A DNA stretch of 64,000 bases from Oscillospiraceae bacterium. Its GTDB lineage: Bacteria; Bacillota_I; Bacilli_A; RF39; UBA660. The stretch is from contig CAVGWA010000002.1 in assembly GCA_963632935.1 (NCBI GenBank), forward strand, positions 5,197-69,196. Direction: 5' to 3'. A program made the position numbers and the translations under genes. The notes under the pieces are model-generated. The model had not been told where the DNA came from. It ran no database searches and was given only the letters and a program-made list of their open reading frames with translations. Below are positions 26,412-35,521 of this stretch, piece after piece; position 1 is the stretch's first letter; each line of letters starts with the position of its first letter.

Positions 26412-28235
26412 ATGTGTGGCTTTGTAGGATATATAAATAAAGAAAAAGATAAAACACAAAATATAAAAAAAATGGCGGACTTAATTGCCCACCGTGGTCC
26501 AGATTCAGAAGGTTATTATTGTGATAAGAACATTGCATTAGGTTTTAGAAGACTTTCTATAATCGACCTAAAAAGTGGATCGCAACCAATTTATAATGAA
26601 GATAAGACAAAAGTAATTATATTTAATGGTGAAATTTATAACTTTGAAAAATTAAGAAAAGAATTAATAAAAAAAGGGCATAAATTTACAACTAAAACAG
26701 ATACAGAAGTATTACTTCATGGCTATGAACAATGGCAAGAAAAACTTTTAGATAAGTTAAGAGGAATGTTTGCTTTTGTAATTTATGATATAAAAACTGG
26801 TGAAATGTTTGCTGCAAGAGATTTTTATGGAATAAAACCGTTTTATTATGCTAAAATGGATAACACATTAATATTTGGTTCAGAAATAAAAAGTTTTTTA
26901 ATTCATCCTCATTTTAAAAAAGAATTAAATACAAAAATGTTAGAATATTACTTAACATTTCAATATAGTGCGGGTGAAGAGACATTTTTTAAAAATGTTT
27001 ATAAATTAATGCCTGGTCATTATATGAAATATAAAAATGGTAAATTAGAAATAAAAAAATATTATGAAATAAAATTTGAAACAGATGATACTAAAACGTA
27101 TGAAGAGTGGAAAGATGGTATAAAAGAGAGATTATCAGATTCAATAAAAGCACATAAAATAAGTGATGTTGAAGTAGGTTCATTCTTATCAAGTGGCGTG
27201 GATTCTTCATTTATAGCAGTAAGTAGTGATGTTGATAAAACTTTTACTGTAGGGTTTGATAATAAAATATATAGTGAGATAGATTATGCTAAAGATTTGT
27301 CAGAAAAAATAAATAAACAAAATATAAATAAAATCATCACAAAAGATGAATATTTTAAAAATCTTCCTAACATTTTATATTACATGGATGAACCATTAGC
27401 TGATCCATCGGCAATTGCTTTGTATTTTGTTACAAAAATAGCTAGTGAAAATGTTAAAGTATCTCTTTCAGGGGAAGGTGCTGATGAAATATTTGGTGGG
27501 TATAATATTTATCAAGAACCTCTTACTGATAGTTGGTATTATAAGATTCCTTACCCAATTAGATTTGCAGTTGGTAAAATTGCTGATTTATTACCACATA
27601 AAAGAGGAATTAATTTCTTGATTAGAAGAGGAAAAAAATTAGAAGATAGATTTGTTGGTAATGCTTTTATATTTAATAATAAAGAAGTGTCAAAAATATT
27701 AAAAAACAAAAGACAAACAAAAGGCTTTCAAGATTTAACAAAATCTTATTATGAAAAAGTTGCTGATAAAGATGAAATAACAAAAATGCAATATATTGAT
27801 TTTAACTTTTGGTTAATAGGAGACATTCTTCTAAAAGCAGATAAAATGAGTATGGCAAATTCTTTAGAAGTTAGAGTTCCATTTCTTGATAAGCCACTTA
27901 TTGATTATGCAACTGCACTTCCAGTTGAATATAAAACAGATAAATTTAAAACAAAAAAAATATTTAGAGATATAGCCTCAGAAGTGTTAGAAGATAAGGT
28001 GTCTAATAAAAAGAAATTAGGCTTTCCAGTACCAATCAGAGAATGGATAAAAGATGAAGACATATATAAACAAATTGAAACTTTGTTTACCAAAGATGAT
28101 AAATTTTTTAATACTAAAAAAACATTAAAATTACTTGAAAATCATAAAAATGGTAAAGCAGATAATAGCAGAAAGATATGGACAATTTATGTATTCTTAT
28201 TGTGGTATGAAATTTTCTTTAGTGAAAACAAATGA
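26412..28235 (+). CDS. asnB: Asparagine synthase (glutamine-hydrolysing), AsnB family
   Basis: Begins MCGFVGY (Ntn Cys). SGGVDSS is replaced here by SSGVDSS (PP-loop). About 607 aa. RBS aaaggagg. Confidence 0.9.
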   Translation: MCGFVGYINKEKDKTQNIKKMADLIAHRGPDSEGYYCDKNIALGFRRLSIIDLKSGSQPIYNEDKTKVIIFNGEIYNFEKLRKELIKKGHKFTTKTDTEVLLHGYEQWQEKLLDKLRGMFAFVIYDIKTGEMFAARDFYGIKPFYYAKMDNTLIFGSEIKSFLIHPHFKKELNTKMLEYYLTFQYSAGEETFFKNVYKLMPGHYMKYKNGKLEIKKYYEIKFETDDTKTYEEWKDGIKERLSDSIKAHKISDVEVGSFLSSGVDSSFIAVSSDVDKTFTVGFDNKIYSEIDYAKDLSEKINKQNINKIITKDEYFKNLPNILYYMDEPLADPSAIALYFVTKIASENVKVSLSGEGADEIFGGYNIYQEPLTDSWYYKIPYPIRFAVGKIADLLPHKRGINFLIRRGKKLEDRFVGNAFIFNNKEVSKILKNKRQTKGFQDLTKSYYEKVADKDEITKMQYIDFNFWLIGDILLKADKMSMANSLEVRVPFLDKPLIDYATALPVEYKTDKFKTKKIFRDIASEVLEDKVSNKKKLGFPVPIREWIKDEDIYKQIETLFTKDDKFFNTKKTLKLLENHKNGKADNSRKIWTIYVFLLWYEIFFSENK

Positions 28236-28741
28236 TATATTTTTACATTTCACTTTCAACATATCTATGTTATAACATAGTAAAATATAAAAATATTCTT
28301 AATAAATTACAAGAAAATAAATATGACATAAAGAAATACACAAACTATATTTTTAAAAATGCTAAAACATTATTTTTAACACCAGAACTTTTATCCATTA
28401 TTGTTATTATATTAGCTTTTAAAACAAACTTAAAAGTTATAGGCGTTGCTAATTTAATACTTTATACCATACTTTTTCTTTTAAATTATAAAAAGAGAAA
28501 TAAAGTAAAAATAGAAAGTAAAATGATAATAAGAATAATACTATTAATATTAATGAATATAGGTTTAAATATATATTTTATATTAGATTATATGAGTTAT
28601 CATTATGCTGATATTATATTTGACAATACACCAATGTATTATATAATTTTAATTACTGTAATTTATTTTTTACCACTCATAGTTTGGATAATAAATGTAT
28701 TGGCACAGCCAATTGATAAATTAATTAAACCTAGGAGGTAA
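28232..28741 (+). CDS. Small polytopic membrane protein of unknown function
   Basis: 169 aa with 4-5 TM helices. Its start overlaps the asnB stop (ATGA) and it ends 3 nt before murE. Confidence 0.5.
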   Translation: MIYFYISLSTYLCYNIVKYKNILNKLQENKYDIKKYTNYIFKNAKTLFLTPELLSIIVIILAFKTNLKVIGVANLILYTILFLLNYKKRNKVKIESKMIIRIILLILMNIGLNIYFILDYMSYHYADIIFDNTPMYYIILITVIYFLPLIVWIINVLAQPIDKLIKPRR

Positions 28742-28744
28742 TTT

Positions 28745-30076
28745 ATGCTTAGAGTAAATTCAAAAAAAGTTGAACCAGGCGATACATTTCTTGCATTAAA
28801 AGGTCCTTATACTGATGGGCATGATTTTATTAATGAAGCTATTGATAATGGTGCTGCATGTATAATTGCTCAGCATGGTGAATATTCAGTAAAAACAATA
28901 ATTGAAGAAGATACAAAAAGTTATCTTTCTAATTATTTAAGGGAATTAAATATGGAAAAGCTCTCAAAAATAAAATTAATTGGTATTACTGGCACTAATG
29001 GAAAAACTTTCACTGGGGATATACTTTGTCAACTTTTAAATAATTTAAATATGAAAACAGCTTTTATTGGAACAAACGGTTTTTATTTAAATGGTAAAGT
29101 TAAAAAAATATCATCAACAACTCCAGATATATATGAATTATATGAACTTATAAATGAAGCAATTGATAATGATTGTGAAGTAGTTATTATTGAAATATCA
29201 AGTAAAGCTATAAGACAAAGACATATCGAAGGATTAAGATTTGATATAGCCATATTAACTAATTTTGTTTCACATCAAAGAAAAGATAAAGATGAATATT
29301 TGAATACAAAAATTGAGTTATTTAAAAAGTTAAAAAAAGGTGGATATGCTATTATAAACAAAAAAGATAATTATTCTTCTTTCTTTGCATTACCACAAAA
29401 TAAAAATATATTTTATGGTATGCAAGATAGTGATTATCCAATTAGGAAATTGAAATCGAATAATGATTTTACTGAATTTACGCTAAAAGAAAATCGTATA
29501 AAAATTCCTTTAATAGGACCTTATGTTATGTATAATTATGTATCTGCATTTATTACAGCTAAAATATTATTATTCTCAACTGATGCAATTTTATCTGCTT
29601 CACTTGCACTTCATCAAGTTGATGGAAGATTTGAAATAATAAAATATAAAAATAATTTAATTATTATTGATTATGCTTATAATATAACAAACATTAACAA
29701 TATATTAAAAGAAGCAAAAAGTTTTGAACATAGTAAAATAATAACAATAATTGGACAAGGTGGTCATCGAAGAGAAGATAAAAGAGCCCAAATAGGTAAA
29801 TTAACAACTGAAAATTCTGATTATGTAATTTTTACCACAGATAACCCTAGACATGAAAATGAAGAAAATATAATAAATGAAATTACAAACGAAATAGAAA
29901 CAGATAATTATACAAAAATACTAAATCGTAGAGAAGCTATTAAAAAAGGTATAAGCATGCTTAATGAAAATGATATATTACTAATATTAGGAAAAGGTCA
30001 TGAACATGTTCAAATAATAGGAAACGATGAATTTCCTTACAAGGATAAAGAAGAAGTCTTAAAAAACATAAAATAA
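28745..30076 (+). CDS. murE: UDP-N-acetylmuramoyl-L-alanyl-D-glutamate--2,6-diaminopimelate ligase (MurE-type Mur ligase)
   Basis: GITGTNGKT P-loop, a DGHDFI N-domain and a DNPR motif (TTDNPRHEN), which is associated with meso-DAP specificity in MurE. Confidence 0.8.
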   Translation: MLRVNSKKVEPGDTFLALKGPYTDGHDFINEAIDNGAACIIAQHGEYSVKTIIEEDTKSYLSNYLRELNMEKLSKIKLIGITGTNGKTFTGDILCQLLNNLNMKTAFIGTNGFYLNGKVKKISSTTPDIYELYELINEAIDNDCEVVIIEISSKAIRQRHIEGLRFDIAILTNFVSHQRKDKDEYLNTKIELFKKLKKGGYAIINKKDNYSSFFALPQNKNIFYGMQDSDYPIRKLKSNNDFTEFTLKENRIKIPLIGPYVMYNYVSAFITAKILLFSTDAILSASLALHQVDGRFEIIKYKNNLIIIDYAYNITNINNILKEAKSFEHSKIITIIGQGGHRREDKRAQIGKLTTENSDYVIFTTDNPRHENEENIINEITNEIETDNYTKILNRREAIKKGISMLNENDILLILGKGHEHVQIIGNDEFPYKDKEEVLKNIK

Positions 30077-30098
30077 GTCTCATTTTGAGACTTATTTT
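30072..30098. terminator. Bidirectional terminator
   Basis: Perfect 10-bp stem aataagtctc / gagacttatt with a 5-nt loop. Confidence 0.7.
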
Positions 30099-31206
30099 AA
30101 ATATAACTTTTTAAATTTCTTTTAATTTTAATAAATAAAAGTAATAATATTATTAAAAAAGATATAAAAACATATTTAGTAGATTTATTTTTAACTTTAT
30201 TTTCTTTACTTTTAATTTTTAAAATTTCTTGATAACTATTATTATAAGTTTGTTTATTTGATGTAATTTCAGGGGTTTTATAAATTTCTTTTAAATTTTC
30301 ATTTTTACTTAAAGGTATACTTTTATTATTGAGTACATTTTCATTAATTATAATATCTTCATTAGTTGAACTTTGTTCATTGATATTTTCATCAATTATA
30401 ATGTTATTTTCATTTGAATTTTCTATGATTTCATCAATATAATCATTTTCATCTTTGTAAATATACTCTTCAAAAGGCTCACTTAAATAATCAGGATAAT
30501 ATTCTTTTTCAGTTTTATAACTGTGGTATTTATAATCTTCATAATTATATAATTTAATATTTTCTTTGAATTTTAAATATTTACTAGTTTCCATTTCATT
30601 AATAGAATATATATTAGTAAATGAATTTTCATATAAATCATAATTTTTTCCTGCATAAAACATTGAGACATTTCCTGCAGCCATAGTACCAACACTTGTT
30701 AAAATGGTATCATCATGCATAAAATTAATAGTAAAAATTTGTTCATCATTATCGCCAGTTTTAAAACTAAAATAAAGATTTTTTAAATCATATTCACTAT
30801 TTAAATTAAAAGATATAGGTTCAGAAATAACATCATATTTTCCATTTTTATTTACTAAAATGTCGTTATTATTACTAATAGTAATATTACTAATACTACA
30901 AGAATTAAAAGGTATAAATTGAATTTTATTTACCTTTAAAGCTTTTAAATAGTGAAAACCATTATATTCATAAATTTTTCTGTCATTTTTACTTATAGGT
31001 TTGATAGGTGAAAGACTACTTAATTCAGTTTTTTTATAATCATTTAAGTCAAATAAATTTTCTTCATCTAAAGTTTTGTAATCACCCCAAACTTTATTTA
31101 TCTTATAATATTTAAACTTTCTATTAGTTATCTTTACCTCATTTTCTAAGGCCATTGCTTTACCACATGATAAAAGTAATAAAACAATTAATAATACTTT
31201 TTTCAT
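30097..31206 (-). CDS. Hypothetical secreted protein with N-terminal lipoprotein-like signal and C-terminal TM anchor
   Basis: Begins MKKVLLIVLLLLSCGKA. Asn/Glu/Tyr-rich, with a C-terminal hydrophobic segment FISFLIILLLLFIKI. RBS aaggag. Confidence 0.5.
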   Translation of the reverse strand: MKKVLLIVLLLLSCGKAMALENEVKITNRKFKYYKINKVWGDYKTLDEENLFDLNDYKKTELSSLSPIKPISKNDRKIYEYNGFHYLKALKVNKIQFIPFNSCSISNITISNNNDILVNKNGKYDVISEPISFNLNSEYDLKNLYFSFKTGDNDEQIFTINFMHDDTILTSVGTMAAGNVSMFYAGKNYDLYENSFTNIYSINEMETSKYLKFKENIKLYNYEDYKYHSYKTEKEYYPDYLSEPFEEYIYKDENDYIDEIIENSNENNIIIDENINEQSSTNEDIIINENVLNNKSIPLSKNENLKEIYKTPEITSNKQTYNNSYQEILKIKSKENKVKNKSTKYVFISFLIILLLLFIKIKRNLKSYI

Positions 31207-31354
31207 AAATCTCCTTTCTTAGCCCCTTCATATATAACATACGACGTAAATAAGCCATTTCCTTTTAAAAAATGAATTTTTTTTTAGTTTTTAGTAATTT
31301 ATAAAAAAGTATAGTTAGAATAAAATATACTGTATTATTTAGAAAGGAAAAAAT

Positions 31355-31729
31355 ATGAAAATAGGAATGACTTTAATAAGTTCTTTTATTTGTAAAACAT
31401 TAGGCTGCTTTGATAATCTTTTAACAACATTAATAATATTTATATCAATGGATTATATAACTGGTATAATGAAGGCCATTATTAATAAAAAATTATCTAG
31501 TGAAGTTGGCTTTAAGGGTATATTTAAAAAGGTATTGATAATATTTATGGTTGCTCTTGCGACAGGATTAGATATTTTATTAAATAATAGTGGTATAAGA
31601 TATATAGTAATAATATTTTATATAGTAAATGAGGCAATATCAATAATAGAAAATGCTGTTAAACTTGGTATTCCTGTTCCAAATAAAATAAAAGAGACAT
31701 TAATTAATTTAAAAAATAATAATCATTAA
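31355..31729 (+). CDS. Phage-type holin family protein (Phage_holin_4_1 / TcdE-like)
   Basis: 124 aa with 3 TM helices. MDYITGIMKAI..KKLSS..GFKGIFKK...EAISIIENAVKLGIPVP is typical of this holin family. No endolysin gene is adjacent. Confidence 0.7.
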   Translation: MKIGMTLISSFICKTLGCFDNLLTTLIIFISMDYITGIMKAIINKKLSSEVGFKGIFKKVLIIFMVALATGLDILLNNSGIRYIVIIFYIVNEAISIIENAVKLGIPVPNKIKETLINLKNNNH

Positions 31730-31781
31730 TTTACAACTTAAGGTTTAAATGCTATAATATATCCCAACAAGGAGAGAGAAC

Positions 31782-32684
31782 ATGACAAATATAGAGACAA
31801 TAAATTCATTAAAGCAAAGTATGCCAAAAAGTATAGCTGCAATCGGATATGGTTCAGGAATATTTAAGCAAACTGGATATCAGGAAAATGAAAAACCAGA
31901 TAAAGATGTAATTTTAGTAGTAGATGATTTTAAGCAATTTTTAATTGAAGATTATGAAATAAATCCAGAGCATTTTTCAAAAGATTTTAATAAGAATATT
32001 TTATATAAAAGAAATGAGAAAACTAATTTTTATAATAACTTAGGCTGTCTTAAATTAAATCATAATGGAATTCATTTTAAAGTAATGGTAGTATCAAAAA
32101 GTGCTTTAGAATATGATTTAAAAACATGGAAATATTTTGGAATGGCAGGAAGATTATCAAAACCTATTTTATATGAAGATATGCCTGCAAATTTAGAAAA
32201 AGCAATAATAAAAAATAGAGAAAATATGTTAATAACATCATTACTTTTAAATAGTGAAGATAAATTAAATAAAATAAAATTATATGAAACAATATCAAAA
32301 ATAACATATTTATATGATTTTAGGACAATTTTTCATGCTGAAAAGAAAACAAAATCATCTGATATAGTTGGTGGTTCATTACAATTTTTTGAAAATGAAT
32401 ATGGAGAAAATCCAATTGCAAGAATTAACGATGATATTGTGTATAATACTCATCCTATAGAATTAATTGATTCACTTCCTTCTAATTTGAAAAATACAAT
32501 ATATTCGGAATTTAATAAAAAACCTGTTATGACTTACGAAGAATTATCCCAAGTAATAGAAAATTATTTTAAAAAGACAAACTTTACAAATTCTATTAGA
32601 TTTGCTCTTTCATCAGGAGCAATATTAGGCGTTAAAGGTTCAGCTCAACACGTACTTCAAAAGTTTAAAAAAGCGAACAGATAG
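31782..32684 (+). CDS. Tam41/Mmp37-family protein (mitochondrial-type phosphatidate cytidylyltransferase homologue)
   Basis: IGYGSGIFKQTGY, D.ILVVDD...NPEHFS, and VVSKSALEYDLKTWKYFGMAGRLSKPI match the conserved blocks of the Mmp37/Tam41 family as I remember them. Confidence 0.6.
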   Translation: MTNIETINSLKQSMPKSIAAIGYGSGIFKQTGYQENEKPDKDVILVVDDFKQFLIEDYEINPEHFSKDFNKNILYKRNEKTNFYNNLGCLKLNHNGIHFKVMVVSKSALEYDLKTWKYFGMAGRLSKPILYEDMPANLEKAIIKNRENMLITSLLLNSEDKLNKIKLYETISKITYLYDFRTIFHAEKKTKSSDIVGGSLQFFENEYGENPIARINDDIVYNTHPIELIDSLPSNLKNTIYSEFNKKPVMTYEELSQVIENYFKKTNFTNSIRFALSSGAILGVKGSAQHVLQKFKKANR

Positions 32685-32742
32685 TGAACTTTACTTTTAA
32701 TGTTAAATTTGCTATACTTTATAAGGTAAAGTTGGTGATAAA

Positions 32743-33324
32743 ATGAAAATAAAATCAGTTGATTTAGTTATTTCCGCAATAAGGCGTAGTCAATATCCAA
32801 CAGATAAAAAACCAGAATATTTATTAGTTGGACGTTCTAATGTTGGAAAAAGTAGTTTTATAAACACTATAATTAATAGAAAAAATTTTGCTCGTACGTC
32901 AAGTAGACCAGGTAAAACACAAACAATTAATTTTTATAATGTTAATGATGAATTTTATTTAGTAGATGCCCCAGGTTATGGATTCGCACAAGTAAGCAAA
33001 ACTAAAAGAAAAAAATTTGGATTAATGATTGAAGATTATATAATTAATAGAAAAAATTTAAAATGTGTATTTTTATTAGTTGATTTTAGACATAGACCAA
33101 CAAATGATGATATTCTTATGTATAATTTCTTAAAATATTATAAAATTCCTGTTACTATAGTTGCTACAAAAGTAGATAAAATAGGTATTACTTCTAGACA
33201 AAAACAACGTAATTTAGTTTTAAATGATTTAGATTTAGTAGTTGGTGATGAATTTATTACATTTTCAAGCATTACAAAAGATGGTAAAGAGGAAGTTCAT
33301 AAAAAAATAGAAAGAACAATGTAA
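32743..33324 (+). CDS. engB: Ribosome biogenesis GTPase YsxC/EngB
   Basis: GRSNVGKSSFIN (G1), DAPGYGFA (G3), TKVDK (G4). Confidence 0.9.
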   Translation: MKIKSVDLVISAIRRSQYPTDKKPEYLLVGRSNVGKSSFINTIINRKNFARTSSRPGKTQTINFYNVNDEFYLVDAPGYGFAQVSKTKRKKFGLMIEDYIINRKNLKCVFLLVDFRHRPTNDDILMYNFLKYYKIPVTIVATKVDKIGITSRQKQRNLVLNDLDLVVGDEFITFSSITKDGKEEVHKKIERTM

Positions 33325-33374
33325 ATTTATAAACATTAAATTATCATATTTCATACACTATTTTAGGTGATTAA

Positions 33375-33839
33375 ATGAAATTAATAATAGATGATGGTAT
33401 TACTATATTTCTAGGTAAATTAATAAATATAAATGATAAAAATGATATTGAAAATAAAATATTAAAAATTATAAAAAACAATTATAATATTGATTTAAAT
33501 GGTTATTATAATGTAGATATATATATTGATAAAAATTATGGTGTAATTATTAAAATGAAGAAAGATGAACTTGATTATTTAGAATATTTTACAAGTGCTT
33601 TAGAACTTAATATCGAAATAAAAGAAAGTTCTTTTCTTTATAAAATAGATGATATTTTTAATTTAGAAAAAAAATTTTTAAATAAATTTAAAATATATAA
33701 GTTAAAAGATAATATATATTTATCAGCAGATCAATTACTTTCTTTAGCTGATGAAGGAATATTATTAGAAAATAGTAAAATTATATTTGGAAAAGAAGCA
33801 GAAAAAATTAAAAATAAAAGTCAAATTATAAAAGTGTAG
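33375..33839 (+). CDS. Hypothetical protein (faint resemblance to the MecA-type adaptor C-terminal region)
   Basis: 154-aa ORF whose stop lies 9 nt before the der start codon. No firm family assignment. Confidence 0.4.
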   Translation: MKLIIDDGITIFLGKLININDKNDIENKILKIIKNNYNIDLNGYYNVDIYIDKNYGVIIKMKKDELDYLEYFTSALELNIEIKESSFLYKIDDIFNLEKKFLNKFKIYKLKDNIYLSADQLLSLADEGILLENSKIIFGKEAEKIKNKSQIIKV

Positions 33840-33848
33840 GTGATAAAT

Positions 33849-35162
33849 ATGCAAAAGCAAACAGTCGCATTAGTTGGAAGACCAAATGTTGGTAAAAGTA
33901 CAATATTTAATCGTATGGTTGGTAGTAAAATTGCTATAATTGAAGATACTCCAGGTGTAACGAGAGATAGATTATATGGAACTGTTAATTATTTAGATTA
34001 TTCATTCCATCTTATAGATACTGGTGGAATAGATATTGAAAAAGCTGATTTTAATACAGAAATAAAAGCACAAGCAGAAATTGCAATTGAAGAGGCTGAT
34101 ATTGTTTTATTTATTGTTGATGGTAAGGAAGGATTAACATCAAATGATTATACGGTAAGAGATATATTGAAAAAAAGTGGTAAAAAAGTAATAGTTGCAA
34201 TTAATAAAACAGATTCAAAAGCATATCAAGATAATAAATATGAATTTTATAATTTAGCTTTTGATGATTATGTTGAACTGTCAGCTGAGCACAATATTGG
34301 AATATCAACACTATTAGATGAAATAGTTGCTACATTTCCACAGACTAATGATGAAGATGATGATGATATAGTTAAATTTTCAATAATTGGTAGACCAAAT
34401 GTTGGTAAAAGTAGTTTAGTTAATGCACTTTTAAATGAGGATAGGGTAATAGTAAGCCCAATAGCTGGTACTACAAGGGATGCAATTGATACGCCTTTTA
34501 AATATAATGGTAAAGATTTTGTTGTTATTGATACAGCTGGTATGCGTAAACGTGGTAAGATATATGAAAACGTTGAAAAATATAGTTTATTACGTTCTTT
34601 AAAAGCAATTGATAGATCTAATGTATGTGTTCTTGTTATAAATGCTGAAGAAGGCATTATTGAACATGATAAACATATTGCTGGGTATGCATTAGAAGCT
34701 GGTAAAGCAATAGTTATTGTAGTAAACAAATGGGATACTATAGAGGATAAAGATAGTGCAATGAAAAAATTTAAAGAAGACATTAGGGATAATTTTGCTT
34801 TTATGCCTTATGCTGAAATTGTATTTTTATCTGCACTTACTAAAAAAAGAATTCATACGCTTATGCCTCAAATTATTAAAGCAGATGAAAATGCACATAA
34901 GAAAATATCTACTAGTGCTTTAAATAATGTTATAACAGATGCTTATGCTTTAAATTTACCGCCTTCTTATAAGGGTAAGAGGTTAAAAATATATTTTTCA
35001 AATCAATCAAATATTTGTCCACCAACTTTTAATATTCAAGTTAATAGTAAAGGATTAATTCATTTTTCATATGAAAGATATTTGGAAAATAAAATAAGAG
35101 AAAATTTTGATTTTACAGGGACACCTATTGTTTTAAATTTTAAAAATAAAGGAGAACAGTAG
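33849..35162 (+). CDS. der: Ribosome-associated GTPase Der/EngA
   Basis: Two tandem GTPase domains (GRPNVGKST twice; DTGG / DTAGMR; NKTD / NKWD) plus a KH-like C-terminus. Confidence 0.95.
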   Translation: MQKQTVALVGRPNVGKSTIFNRMVGSKIAIIEDTPGVTRDRLYGTVNYLDYSFHLIDTGGIDIEKADFNTEIKAQAEIAIEEADIVLFIVDGKEGLTSNDYTVRDILKKSGKKVIVAINKTDSKAYQDNKYEFYNLAFDDYVELSAEHNIGISTLLDEIVATFPQTNDEDDDDIVKFSIIGRPNVGKSSLVNALLNEDRVIVSPIAGTTRDAIDTPFKYNGKDFVVIDTAGMRKRGKIYENVEKYSLLRSLKAIDRSNVCVLVINAEEGIIEHDKHIAGYALEAGKAIVIVVNKWDTIEDKDSAMKKFKEDIRDNFAFMPYAEIVFLSALTKKRIHTLMPQIIKADENAHKKISTSALNNVITDAYALNLPPSYKGKRLKIYFSNQSNICPPTFNIQVNSKGLIHFSYERYLENKIRENFDFTGTPIVLNFKNKGEQ

Positions 35163-35206
35163 CCTAAAAAAATCTTCTACATATAATATTGTAGGAGGTT
35201 TTATAA

Positions 35207-35449
35207 TTGAATTTTTCAGATAATTTTTTTAAGCGTGTAGAGAAAAAAACAAATGTTAATAAAGAAGTTATTCTTGATTTAGCTAAGAAGCTTCAAGAAA
35301 ATAATTTAAAAAATGAAGATACTTTAAGAGAGGTAATAACAACATTAAGTGAAATGACTGGTAAAGAAGTTTCTAAAGAAAAACAAGATAAGATTATAGA
35401 AACAGTTATTAATGATAAAGTTCCAAAAGATATTGATAAAATGATTTGA
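35207..35449 (+). CDS. spoVIF: Stage VI sporulation protein F-like (SpoVIF/YjcC family)
   Basis: 80 aa: FFKRVEKKTNVNKEVILDLAKKLQ...LREVITTLSEMTGKEVSKEKQDKIIETVINDKVPKDIDKM. TTG start 9 nt after aggagg. Confidence 0.55.
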   Translation: MNFSDNFFKRVEKKTNVNKEVILDLAKKLQENNLKNEDTLREVITTLSEMTGKEVSKEKQDKIIETVINDKVPKDIDKMI

Positions 35450-35473
35450 TTAATATCTTTTTTTATGTGCAGT

Positions 35474-35501
35474 TCATATTATTTTGTTTATTTCATATAT
35501 T
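35474..35501 (+). promoter_or_regulatory. Candidate sigma-E-type sporulation promoter of spoIVA
   Basis: TCATATT - 13 nt - CATATATT resembles the sigma-E consensus (ATATT -35, CATACA-T -10). It lies 20 nt upstream of the spoIVA ATG. Confidence 0.45.
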
Positions 35502-35521
35502 TAAATGAAAGTAGGGATAAT

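Noticed and set aside
34268-34783. 171-aa antisense ORF inside der, and similar ORFs at 53486-53797 (greA) and 54095-54439 (rny)
   Set aside because: They are opposite highly conserved genes, and their Ser/Leu/Ile-rich products look like translation artefacts.
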